In this document: in pieces, positions 8,996 to 17,944 of the stretch
Layout of the letters: each line of letters begins with the position of its first letter
How positions within the stretch are numbered: the stretch's first letter is position 1
NCBI GenBank assembly: GCA_902765005.1
Contig: CACWYB010000002.1
Span: forward strand, 74,553-138,552
Length of the DNA stretch: 64,000 bases
Source of the DNA: an uncultured Eubacteriales bacterium
GTDB taxonomy: Bacteria; Bacillota; Clostridia; Christensenellales; CAG-138
Direction: 5' to 3'
The notes under the pieces: model-generated
What the model saw: the letters and a program-made list of their open reading frames with translations, nothing else
Databases searched by the model: none
What the model was told of the DNA's origin: nothing
Program-made: the position numbers and the translations under genes

Positions 8996-10231
8996 ATGAT
9001 ATCCATGGGAATCTACGAGGAACTGAAAGAAAGGGGCCTGCTGGCCCAGGTGACCAACGAGGAAGAGATCCGCGACATGGTGAACGCCGGCAAGGCCACC
9101 TTCTATATCGGCTTCGACTGCACGGCGGACAGCCTGACCGCGGGGCATTTCATGGCCCTCACCCTCATGAAGCGGCTGCAGATGGCCGGCAACAAGCCCA
9201 TCGCCCTCATCGGCGGCGGCACTACCATGATCGGCGACCCCTCCGGCCGCACCGACATGCGCAAGATGCTCACCCGGGAGGACATCGACCACAACGCCGC
9301 CTGCTTCAAGCGGCAGATGGAGCGGTTCATCGAGTTCGGCGAGGGCAAGGCCCAGATGGTGAACAACGCGGACTGGCTCATGAACCTGAACTACATCGAG
9401 CTTCTCCGGGAGGTGGGCCCCTGCTTCTCCGTGAACAACATGCTGCGGGCCGAGTGCTACAAGCAGCGCATGGAAAAGGGCCTCTCCTTCCTGGAGTTCA
9501 ACTACATGATCATGCAGAGCTACGACTTCTACTACCTGTTCCAGCACTACGGCTGCAACATGCAGTTCGGCGGGGACGACCAGTGGAGCAACATGCTGGG
9601 CGGCACCGAGCTCATCCGCAAGAAGCTGGGCAAGGACGCCCACGCCATGACCATCACGCTGCTCACCGACTCCCAGGGGCATAAGATGGGCAAGACCGCG
9701 GGCAACGCCGTGTGGCTGGACCCCAACAAGACCAGCCCCTTCGACTTCTACCAGTACTGGCGGAACGTGGACGACGCGGACGTGATGAAGTGTATCCGCA
9801 TGCTCACCTTCCTGTCCCTGGAGACCATCCGGGACATGGACGCCTGGCCCGCCGAGCGGATCAACGAGAAGAAGGAGATCCTGGCCTTCGAGCTCACCAG
9901 CCTGGTCCACGGCAAGGAGGAGGCCGAAAAGGCCCAGTCCGCCGCCCGGGCCCTGTTCTCCGGGGAGGGGGACGAGGCGAGCATGCCCACCACCTGCCTC
10001 TGCTGCGAGCAGGTGCCGGATGAAGGCGTGAACATCATCGACCTACTGGTGTGCTGCGGCCTGGTCAAGAGCAAGGGCGAGGGGCGCCGGCTCATCGAGC
10101 AGGGCGGCGTCAGCCTGAACGGCGAGAAGGTGACCTCCTTCGGGGCCCTGGTGAGCCGGGAGCAGCTGTGCGCCGGCGTGAAGATCAAGAAGGGCAAGAA
10201 GGTCTTCCACAAGGCCACTTTGCAGATGTAA
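8996..10231 (+). CDS. tyrS: Tyrosine--tRNA ligase
   Basis: 411 aa. HIGH-type region (TADSLTAGHF), KMSKS-type motif (KMGKT), and a C-terminal S4-like domain. Preceded by a Tyr T-box. Confidence 0.95.
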   Translation: MISMGIYEELKERGLLAQVTNEEEIRDMVNAGKATFYIGFDCTADSLTAGHFMALTLMKRLQMAGNKPIALIGGGTTMIGDPSGRTDMRKMLTREDIDHNAACFKRQMERFIEFGEGKAQMVNNADWLMNLNYIELLREVGPCFSVNNMLRAECYKQRMEKGLSFLEFNYMIMQSYDFYYLFQHYGCNMQFGGDDQWSNMLGGTELIRKKLGKDAHAMTITLLTDSQGHKMGKTAGNAVWLDPNKTSPFDFYQYWRNVDDADVMKCIRMLTFLSLETIRDMDAWPAERINEKKEILAFELTSLVHGKEEAEKAQSAARALFSGEGDEASMPTTCLCCEQVPDEGVNIIDLLVCCGLVKSKGEGRRLIEQGGVSLNGEKVTSFGALVSREQLCAGVKIKKGKKVFHKATLQM

Positions 10232-10289
10232 GAGGTAAACAGGGGAGGGGAAACTCTCCCCGAAAAGAACAGCAAGCGACAGGATCTAC

Positions 10290-11672
10290 ATGAGCGGCGG
10301 AACGGCGACCATCAAAAAGTATCTCACCCGGCGGGACGTGGACATGACCAGCGGCAACGTATATGGGCTGCTGATCCGCTTCGCGGTACCGCTGCTTTTG
10401 GGGAATCTGTTCCAGCAGCTGTACAACACCGTGGACACCTGGGTGGTGGGGAACTATGTGGGGAAGGAAGCCTTCTCCGCTGTGGGCACCGTTAATCCCA
10501 TCCTGAACATGCTTATCGGCTTCTTTATGGGCCTGTCCACCGGCGCGGGGGTGGTCATCTCCCAATACTACGGCGCCAAACAGGCCGAGAAGGTCAGCCA
10601 AACCGTCCACACGGCCCTGGTCATGACCATGGTGCTGGGCGTGGTATTCACCGCCGTGGGCGTGGGCATGACGCCGCTGATGCTCACCTTCATGAAGACC
10701 CCGGCGGAAGTGCTGCTGGAGGCTCGGACATACCTGACCATCTACTTTTCCGGCATCTTCGGCCTCATGGTCTACAACATGGGCGCAGGCATCCTCCGGG
10801 CCGTGGGGGATTCCCAGCGGCCGTTCTACTTCCTGGTGCTGTCCGCCTCGCTGAACATCGTGCTGGATCTGCTGTTTGTGCTGGCCTTCCGCATGGGTGT
10901 GGCCGGGGTGGCCTACGCCACCATTCTTTCCCAGGGGATCTCGGCGGTGTTGGTGCTCGCGGTGCTGTTTCGGGCGGACAACTGGTGCCGGGTGTCCGTC
11001 AAAAAGCTGCGGATACACTGGGATGTGCTCAAAAAGATCGTCCGGGTGGGGATCCCCGCCGCCATCCAGATGGCTATCACCGCCTTCTCCAACGTGTTCG
11101 TTCAGTCCTACATCAACTACTTCGGGGCGGACTGCATGGGCGGTTGGACCGCCTATACCAAGATCGACGCCTTTTTGTTCCTGCCCATGCAGAGCCTGTC
11201 CCTGGGCGCCACCACCTTCGTGGGGCAGAACCTGGGCATACAGAACGTGGAAAGAGCCCGGCAGGGCATCGGCGCAGCCCTGCGCATCTCCATGCTGATC
11301 ACCCTGGGCATCATGGCGCCGGTGCTGGTGTTTGCGCCCTATCTGGTCCGCTTCTTCAACGACGCGCCGGAGGTGGTGCGCTACGGCACCCTGTTCCTCC
11401 GGCTCATCACCCCCTTCTATGTGCTCTGCTGCATCAACCAGGTCTTGTCCGGGTCGCTTCGCGGGGCAGGGGACAGCCGGGCGCCCATGCTCATCATGCT
11501 GTTCAGCTTTGTCCTCTTCCGCCAGGTGTATTTGTTCATCGTCACCCGTTACATCTCCAACACCATCATCCCTGTGGCCATGGGGTATCCGGCGGGCTGG
11601 CTCATGTGCAGCGCCGTGACCTACCTCTACTACCGGTTCGCCCATTGGGAAAAGCACCGGGTGGTGGAATGA
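10290..11672 (+). CDS. MATE-family efflux transporter
   Basis: 460 aa, 12-TM pattern, N-terminal LLGNLFQQLYNTVDTWVVG typical of MATE/NorM proteins. Confidence 0.9.
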   Translation: MSGGTATIKKYLTRRDVDMTSGNVYGLLIRFAVPLLLGNLFQQLYNTVDTWVVGNYVGKEAFSAVGTVNPILNMLIGFFMGLSTGAGVVISQYYGAKQAEKVSQTVHTALVMTMVLGVVFTAVGVGMTPLMLTFMKTPAEVLLEARTYLTIYFSGIFGLMVYNMGAGILRAVGDSQRPFYFLVLSASLNIVLDLLFVLAFRMGVAGVAYATILSQGISAVLVLAVLFRADNWCRVSVKKLRIHWDVLKKIVRVGIPAAIQMAITAFSNVFVQSYINYFGADCMGGWTAYTKIDAFLFLPMQSLSLGATTFVGQNLGIQNVERARQGIGAALRISMLITLGIMAPVLVFAPYLVRFFNDAPEVVRYGTLFLRLITPFYVLCCINQVLSGSLRGAGDSRAPMLIMLFSFVLFRQVYLFIVTRYISNTIIPVAMGYPAGWLMCSAVTYLYYRFAHWEKHRVVE

Positions 11673-11694
11673 TCCCAAGGCAAGGAGGAAGCCT

Positions 11695-12393
11695 GTGAAG
11701 AAACCGCTGATCCTGACCACGGCCAGCAACAATACCGTGGAGAATATGGACGTGGTCCGCCTGAACCATGAGTACGTGAACGCTCTGGTGCAGGCGGGCG
11801 GCGTGCCCCTGCCGATCACCTCGACCTTCGGGCTGGAGGAGCTGGTAGCTCTGTCCGACGGCCTCCTGCTCACCGGGGGCCTGGACGTGGCGCCCGATCG
11901 CTTCGGCCAGGCGGTGCTGAACGACACCGTGGTCTGCGACCCCCGCCGGGACGAGCTGGAGCTGGCCCTCATCCGGGCCTACTGGCAGACGGGGAAGCCC
12001 GTGCTGGCCATCTGCCGGGGCATCCAGATCCTGAACGTGGCCTTTGGAGGCACCCTGATTCAGGATATCCCCGCCTGGTGCGGCGCCAACCACAGCGGCA
12101 CGGTCCACCCGGTGGCAGTCCGGGAAGGGAGCCTGCTGCACCGGCTCACAGGTCAGCGGGAGCTTTCCGTGAACAGCTACCACCATCAGTGCATCATTGC
12201 GGAGGGTCTGGCGCCGAACTTCGTCCCCACCGCCGTCTGGACGGGCAGCGGCGTGACCGTGATCGAGGCCATGGAGGCGGCGGATCGCCCGGCCCTGGCG
12301 GTCCAATGGCACCCGGAGCGGGCCTACCTGGATCCGGCCCACCTCACCGACATGTCCCCTCTCTTCCGCTGGCTGGTGAAAGAGGCAAAATAA
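11695..12393 (+). CDS. Class-I glutamine amidotransferase-like peptidase C26 (gamma-glutamyl-GABA hydrolase family)
   Basis: 232 aa, GTG start. Nucleophile motif LAICRGIQILN, then HHQ and QWHPE. Confidence 0.85.
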   Translation: MKKPLILTTASNNTVENMDVVRLNHEYVNALVQAGGVPLPITSTFGLEELVALSDGLLLTGGLDVAPDRFGQAVLNDTVVCDPRRDELELALIRAYWQTGKPVLAICRGIQILNVAFGGTLIQDIPAWCGANHSGTVHPVAVREGSLLHRLTGQRELSVNSYHHQCIIAEGLAPNFVPTAVWTGSGVTVIEAMEAADRPALAVQWHPERAYLDPAHLTDMSPLFRWLVKEAK

Positions 12394-12406
12394 GCAGAAC
12401 CAAAAA

Positions 12407-12427
12407 GCTCCCGCGGGGGGGCTTTTT
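12407..12427 (+). terminator. Intrinsic terminator
   Basis: gctccc-gcgg-ggggGc stem (one G-U pair) followed by TTTTT. Confidence 0.5.
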
Positions 12428-12508
12428 AGGGCTTCCCCTCTCCTTTTGCTGTACTCTATCAAATCCAGGTTTCGTTGTAAAGAGTCTTTGAACCTTCCGG
12501 TTACTCTG

Positions 12509-12537
12509 TTGACACCCGGCGGAAGGGAACGTATAGT
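12509..12537 (+). promoter_or_regulatory. Possible sigma-A promoter ahead of the lipoprotein/exporter gene set
   Basis: TTGACA (12509-12514), 17 nt, TATAGT (12532-12537). It would give a ~200-nt AT-rich leader. Confidence 0.3.
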
Positions 12538-12747
12538 AGGGGGCAGTTTGGAAGAAAAGAGGGATCTGTCGCCGTGAAACTTTGGACCTGCGGCTTGGCC
12601 TGCTTTCTGTTCCGAAAGCGGTATATATTTGTAAAAATAAGTAAAAATTAAGGAAAAATCGGGTTTCTTTAACACTTCTGCAACCTTTTGGACACATCTA
12701 TGGTGTTTAATAAAGGAAGCCAAGCGGAAGAAAGGAGTTTATTTCCT

Positions 12748-13758
12748 ATGCATAAAAACCTCCTGGCCGCAGGTGGTCTGATTCTCCTGGCCGCCCTGTT
12801 GGGGTGCGGCGGGCAAAAGGTGCCGGTAGAAGCCTCTTTTGAGAAAGCGCCTCTGGTCATGTCCGAGGGGACGAGCGCGCCCGTTCTGCCAGAGCAGACG
12901 AGTACGCAGGCGCCCGCTGCCACGGCAGCCCCCGCGCCTGAGGAGACGGAAGCCCCCGCACCGGAATGGGAGGGCACCTGCCGCAGTATCGTGGAAGCGC
13001 TGCCCTACACTGCGGATCTGGACATGGACGGCACGGCGGAGGTGGTCGACCTAAGGGCCGTTCCCGGAGAGGACGGGTATCCCCGTTGGGCCATCGTGCT
13101 CACGAAGGGCGGGGCGGAGACCCTCTTTCAAACGGACATCCCCAACGACACCGACTATGGCCTGTGGGTGGGGGACCTGGATGAAGACGGGCAGAACGAG
13201 CTCTTCTTCCACGGGGACATGGCCTCCTACGACTATCTCATCTACGCCTTTCGCTGCGACTTGACCCCCATCCCCTTCGCCCCCGACGAGCGGGCGGAGC
13301 GCTGGGGCGGCAGCGAATCGGCCTATGTGTACGACGGCTTCATCGCCGGCTTTGAGGACGACCATCTGGTGGTGGACGGCATTGTGGACATGCTGGGGAC
13401 CCACGTGGGCGTGCGCAACTTCTCCATCGACGAGGAGGGCGTCATCGGCCCCGTGAGCACGGTGTGGGCCTTCATCTACGAGGACTACGACGATCCGGAG
13501 CTGGACCGGGCCCTCACCGTGAAGCGGGAACTGACGGCCTATCGGGCCGGCGTCCGCAAGGATCCCGGGGAGCCCTTCACCCTGTCCCCGGGAGAAAAGA
13601 TCTATCCCCTGGCCTCCGACGGCTTCAGCCGCATGTGGTTTGAAACGGAGTCAGGCCGCCAGGGCGTGCTGCTGCTGACGCCGGACCAGGAGAGCATGTG
13701 GCTCATCGACGGCGTCCCCGAGGCGGACTGCTTCGAAACACTGCCCTACGCGGGCTAA
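12748..13758 (+). CDS. Lipoprotein with FG-GAP/VCBS-like Asp-rich repeats
   Basis: I take the start as the ATG at 12748 (RBS aaaggag at 12731) rather than the track start 12688. Lipobox LLGCGG. Motifs DLDMDGTAEVV and GDLDEDGQNELF. Confidence 0.65.
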   Translation: MHKNLLAAGGLILLAALLGCGGQKVPVEASFEKAPLVMSEGTSAPVLPEQTSTQAPAATAAPAPEETEAPAPEWEGTCRSIVEALPYTADLDMDGTAEVVDLRAVPGEDGYPRWAIVLTKGGAETLFQTDIPNDTDYGLWVGDLDEDGQNELFFHGDMASYDYLIYAFRCDLTPIPFAPDERAERWGGSESAYVYDGFIAGFEDDHLVVDGIVDMLGTHVGVRNFSIDEEGVIGPVSTVWAFIYEDYDDPELDRALTVKRELTAYRAGVRKDPGEPFTLSPGEKIYPLASDGFSRMWFETESGRQGVLLLTPDQESMWLIDGVPEADCFETLPYAG

Positions 13759-13782
13759 GGGGAATCGACTGAGGGAGAGAGA

Positions 13783-15237
13783 ATGGAAAAGAAGAAAAAA
13801 GGAACCTTTTGGAAAATTTTGCTGACGCTCATCATCCTGGGCGCCATCGGCTACGGCGGCTACTACGCCTACGACCGCTTCTTTGTGAACGTGCCCACGG
13901 AGGGGACGGCCTTCGTCCAGTCCGTGGCCGCCATCACGGGCAGAGGCCCCGCGGGGCTCAACAACCGGTATTCCGGCGTGGTGGAAGCCAAGAACGTCAT
14001 CAAGGTGGACCCGGACAAGAACCTGACCATCAAGGAGTGCTTCGTGGCCGCCGGGGATAAGGTGAAGGTGGGTAGCCCCCTGTTCTGCTACGACGTGGAG
14101 AGCATGCAGCTGAGCTACGAGCAGCTTCTGCTGGACATCCAGGGCCTGGAAAACGGCATCCGCACCGGCAACGAGAAGGTGGAGAGCCTGAATCTGCAGC
14201 TCCAGCGGGCCAGGGAAAACAAGAAGTACGACATCCAGATGAACATCCAGACCGAGGAGCTGGAGGTCCGCAAGAAGGAATATGAGCTGGCCGGCAAGCG
14301 CAAGCAGGCCGCGGACATGGAGAAAGCCCTGAACAACAGCACCATCTATTCCTCCGTGGAAGGCACGGTCCGCTCCGTGAAGTCCACCGACAGCTCCACC
14401 CCTGACTACGGCTACGGGGACAGCGCCCAGGACAACGCCTACATCACCATCGTGGCCGGCAACGACTACTGCGTGAAGGGCACGGTCAGCGAGCAGACCA
14501 TCCGCACCCTCCAGGAGGGGATGGATGTGCGCATCACCAGCCGGGTGGACGATAGGGTGTGGCCCGGCCGCATCTACCGGATCAACACCGAAGAGGTGAA
14601 GCAGACCAACCGCATGTATTATTACGATGAAGGCGCCGGAGAGAAGGCCAGCAAGTATGAGTTCTTCGTGGAGCTGGACTCCATTGAGGGCCTGCTCATG
14701 GGCCAGCATGTGTACATCGAGCCCGGCGCGGGGGACGAGGAGAATGCCGACGCCCTCATGCTGCCCCTCTACTACGTGGTCCGGGAGGAGGGCGACCCCT
14801 TCGTCTACGCCGCGGACAATGAGGGCCGCATCGAAAAGCGGACCGTGGTCCTGGGCGAGGTGAATGAGGAAAACGGGGTAGCAGAGATCCTGTCCGGCCT
14901 CAGCTTCCTGGATCGGATCGCCTTCCCGGACGAGTCCGTTCAGGTGGGCATGACCGTGTCCGAAACCTCCTATGTGCCGGAGGATATGGGCGGCATGGAT
15001 ATGGGCGGCATGGATATGGACTATATGCCTGATCCCATGGACGGCCAGGACATGCCGTATGAAGGCATGGATATGAATGCGCCAGAGGGCATGGACGGCA
15101 TGGACGCCCCCGAGGGCATGGACGGAGCGCCGGTCAGCCCCGAGGAGGGCGCGGCCGACGGGGAACCGCTCCCGGAGGAAGCCTCTCCTGAGGAGGATGA
15201 TCCGCAGACGCCCCCCGCAGAAGGAGCCGGCGCATGA
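13783..15237 (+). CDS. HlyD/MacA-type membrane-fusion (periplasmic adaptor) protein with a Met/Asp-rich C-terminal tail
   Basis: 484 aa. N-terminal TM helix, lipoyl-like half motifs, a long coiled coil (residues ~100-190), and a tail beginning EDMGGMDMGGMDMDYMPDPMDGQDMPYEGMDMNAPEGMDGMDAPEGMDG. Confidence 0.8.
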   Translation: MEKKKKGTFWKILLTLIILGAIGYGGYYAYDRFFVNVPTEGTAFVQSVAAITGRGPAGLNNRYSGVVEAKNVIKVDPDKNLTIKECFVAAGDKVKVGSPLFCYDVESMQLSYEQLLLDIQGLENGIRTGNEKVESLNLQLQRARENKKYDIQMNIQTEELEVRKKEYELAGKRKQAADMEKALNNSTIYSSVEGTVRSVKSTDSSTPDYGYGDSAQDNAYITIVAGNDYCVKGTVSEQTIRTLQEGMDVRITSRVDDRVWPGRIYRINTEEVKQTNRMYYYDEGAGEKASKYEFFVELDSIEGLLMGQHVYIEPGAGDEENADALMLPLYYVVREEGDPFVYAADNEGRIEKRTVVLGEVNEENGVAEILSGLSFLDRIAFPDESVQVGMTVSETSYVPEDMGGMDMGGMDMDYMPDPMDGQDMPYEGMDMNAPEGMDGMDAPEGMDGAPVSPEEGAADGEPLPEEASPEEDDPQTPPAEGAGA

Positions 15238-15911
15238 TCATCGAGCTTGAACACATCGAAAAGACATATGGTTCCGGGGCCAGCCAGGTCCCCGTGCTCC
15301 ATGACGTGAACATGCAGGTGAAGGAGGGGGAATACATCGCCATCATGGGCCCCTCCGGCTCCGGCAAGAGCACCCTGATGAACATTTTGGGCTATCTGGA
15401 CACCCCCACCTCCGGCACCTACCGCTTCGACGGCGAGGACAACGCCCGGGCGGGGGACGCCCGCATGGCCGCCATCCGCAACAAGAAGATCGGCTTCGTG
15501 TTCCAGAGCTTTCACCTTATGCAGCGGCGCCGGGCCTGGGAAAACGTGGCTCTGCCCCTGCTCTACGGCAACGTGCGCCGGAGCGAGCGCCGGGCCCGGG
15601 CGGAGGAAGCGCTGCGCCAGGTGGGCCTGGAGGACAGGATCAGCTTCTATCCCAATCAGCTCTCCGGCGGCCAATGCCAGCGGGTGGCCATCGCCCGGGC
15701 CATCTGCACCCGGCCCAAGCTCCTGCTGGCCGATGAGCCCACGGGGGCCCTGGACTCCAAGGCCGGCCAGCAGATCATGGACATTTTCGACGAGCTCCAC
15801 GCCCAGGGCATGACCATCGTCATGATCACCCACGAGCACGCCGTGGCCGCCCGGGCAAGGAAGATCCTCTACATCTACGACGGATGGCTGAAGGAGGAGG
15901 AACGGCTATGA
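15234..15911 (+). CDS. ABC transporter ATP-binding protein, MacB-type
   Basis: 225 aa. GPSGSGKST, LSGGQCQRVAIARA, LLLADEPTGALD. ATGA overlaps with both neighbouring genes. Confidence 0.9.
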   Translation: MIIELEHIEKTYGSGASQVPVLHDVNMQVKEGEYIAIMGPSGSGKSTLMNILGYLDTPTSGTYRFDGEDNARAGDARMAAIRNKKIGFVFQSFHLMQRRRAWENVALPLLYGNVRRSERRARAEEALRQVGLEDRISFYPNQLSGGQCQRVAIARAICTRPKLLLADEPTGALDSKAGQQIMDIFDELHAQGMTIVMITHEHAVAARARKILYIYDGWLKEEERL

Positions 15912-17929
15912 AAAAGCTGCTGAAGACCCTGCTCATCCTGCTCATCATCGGCGGCGTGGCCGCCGGCGGGCTCTACGGCTATACCCGCTATTCCATGCGC
16001 CAGCCCGCGGACGTGCAGCCCGTGTCCAACTGGCTGCTGGAATATTCCCCCAACCAGACCTACCTGGGGGGCACCGTCACCTCCAACGAGAGCTTCGTTC
16101 TCTACGGAGAGAAGGATAAGACGCTGACCCAGGTTTTCGTCAGCGAGGGCCAGCAGGTTCAGATCGGGGACCCGCTGGTTCAGTTCGACGCCACCAAGGA
16201 TGAATTGGACCTGGCCCAAAAGCTTCTGGATCGGCAAAAGCTCTACGATTCCCTGCAGGTCCAGTATAAGGAGTATGAGCGATACGCCCGGGAACCCTAC
16301 GAGCGGACCGTGCCCACGGCGACCCCTTCCCCCTCTCCCACGCCCCGGGAGGCCCAGGGCATGAGCGCCGGGAGGACGGGCGGTGTGGGGGCCGTGCGGC
16401 TTTCCGTGCAGATCGCCCGGGGCCTTGATCCCCTCTCCGGGGACGGCACGGCCCAGGCCCCCTACCAGTTCAAGCTCTCCGGCAGCGACCCCATCCCGGA
16501 GGCCAAGCTCCTGGAGCTTTCGGCTCAGGCCAAGCAGCAGCGGCAGACGGTCTACGCTACGTTCTTCTCCGACATCGGGAGTTTGGACATCCGCTTTGAT
16601 CCCCCTTCCGGCACCGCGCCCAACGGCAGCACCAGCTTCGCGGCCTTCGCGGAGAAGTGGACCGCGCCCCGGAGCGCCACCGGCACCGCCGCCCTCAAGG
16701 GGGTGGCCCCCGCCGGCAAGGGCACTTCCTCCAGCCCCTTCATCTATCAGTATGAGGCGGGGCAGGAGGTCCCCTGGGACTTCATCAGCTACTGCTGCCG
16801 CAAGGCCGCCTCCACGGGCCGCTACACCTATGTGCAGCTGGTGGGCAAGAACGCCAAGGATATCATGGTGTCCCTGGACTTCACCAGCATGGGCACCTAC
16901 TTCGTGCGTCTGGAGCAGACCCCCGCCTGCACCGTCACCTTCGACGCCAACGGCGGCACCGGCACCACCACCGCCACGGTGGTCTACGGCAGCCCCTACG
17001 GCAAGCTCCCCGTCCCCACCCGGGAGGAGTACATCTTCGACGGCTGGTGGACCGCCCGCACCGGCGGCGAGCAGGTAACGGCCAAGACCGTGGTCACCAA
17101 GGACCACACCCTCTACGCCCGCTGGAACCCCAAGCCCACCCCCACGCCCACCGCCACCCCGGACGGCACGCCGCTGCCCACGGAGACGCCCTATGTGCCC
17201 TACTACGGCGGCGGCATGTCCATCGCCGAGCGGCAGGCCTACGTCATCGAGCTGGCCCAGAAGATCCGGGACGACGAGCTCAAGTATCACCAGCTGTGCC
17301 TGGATATCGTCACCCTGCAGAGCAGCAACGAGGGCGGCATGGTCTACAGCACCATCGCCGGCGTGGTGACCCGGGTGGACCCGGAGGCGAAGGAGGGGGA
17401 CACCCTCCTGGAGATCCGGGGCGGCAGCAGCGCCCGGATCATCACCTGCACCCTGGGGGAGACGGACCTGGAAAAGTATCCGGTGGGTACGGAGATGACC
17501 GGCTTCTGCTATGAGATCGGCGACAACGTGCAGGCCCGGGTCACCTATGTGAGCCCCATGCCCGTCACCGATTCCTACAGCAACGGCGGCAACCCCAACT
17601 CCTCCGGGTATATGATGGTCCTGGAGGTGCTGGACAACCCCGACCTGCCCCTGTACAGCTATGTGGAGTTCACCTCCTTCCAGCCCCTGTCCAAGACCGG
17701 CACCATCTACCTCTACGAGGCCTTCGTTCGGGAGATCGACGGCCAGGACTACATCTTTGTAGACCGGGGCGGGGTGCTGCACCAGGAGCAGGTGCACACC
17801 GGCCGGCGGGTCATGGAGTACATCGAGCTGGTGGGCAGCAACCTGACCCGGGAGGATTACATCGCCTTCCCCTACGGAAAGACCGTGCGGGACGGGGCCG
17901 CCACCCAGGTCAAGGAAGACATCTGGTGA
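15908..17929 (+). CDS. Second membrane-fusion-like protein with a ~330-aa insertion containing a Listeria/Bacteroides (Flg_new-type) repeat
   Basis: I take the start as the ATG at 15908 (MKKLLKTLLILLIIGG). Lipoyl half (VSEGQQVQIGDPLVQFD), a short coiled coil, an insertion, then the second lipoyl half (STIAGVVTRVDPEAKEGDTLLEI). Confidence 0.7.
   Translation: MKKLLKTLLILLIIGGVAAGGLYGYTRYSMRQPADVQPVSNWLLEYSPNQTYLGGTVTSNESFVLYGEKDKTLTQVFVSEGQQVQIGDPLVQFDATKDELDLAQKLLDRQKLYDSLQVQYKEYERYAREPYERTVPTATPSPSPTPREAQGMSAGRTGGVGAVRLSVQIARGLDPLSGDGTAQAPYQFKLSGSDPIPEAKLLELSAQAKQQRQTVYATFFSDIGSLDIRFDPPSGTAPNGSTSFAAFAEKWTAPRSATGTAALKGVAPAGKGTSSSPFIYQYEAGQEVPWDFISYCCRKAASTGRYTYVQLVGKNAKDIMVSLDFTSMGTYFVRLEQTPACTVTFDANGGTGTTTATVVYGSPYGKLPVPTREEYIFDGWWTARTGGEQVTAKTVVTKDHTLYARWNPKPTPTPTATPDGTPLPTETPYVPYYGGGMSIAERQAYVIELAQKIRDDELKYHQLCLDIVTLQSSNEGGMVYSTIAGVVTRVDPEAKEGDTLLEIRGGSSARIITCTLGETDLEKYPVGTEMTGFCYEIGDNVQARVTYVSPMPVTDSYSNGGNPNSSGYMMVLEVLDNPDLPLYSYVEFTSFQPLSKTGTIYLYEAFVREIDGQDYIFVDRGGVLHQEQVHTGRRVMEYIELVGSNLTREDYIAFPYGKTVRDGAATQVKEDIW
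16928..17130 (+). other. Flg_new / InlB-B-type repeat domain embedded in the adaptor-like protein
   Basis: CTVTFDANGGTGTTTATVVYGSPYGKLPVPTREEYIFDGWWTARTGGEQVTAKTVVTKDHTLYARWNP is the hallmark pattern (V.F..NGG.......YG..LP.P.R.GY.F.GW.........D..LYA.W). Confidence 0.7.
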
Positions 17930-17944
17930 GGGAGGGAGCAAGCT

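Noticed and set aside
10185-11972. 595-aa ORF on the minus strand
   Set aside because: It is antisense to the MATE transporter and amidotransferase genes, with no recognisable motifs and an Arg/His/Gly/Pro-biased composition.
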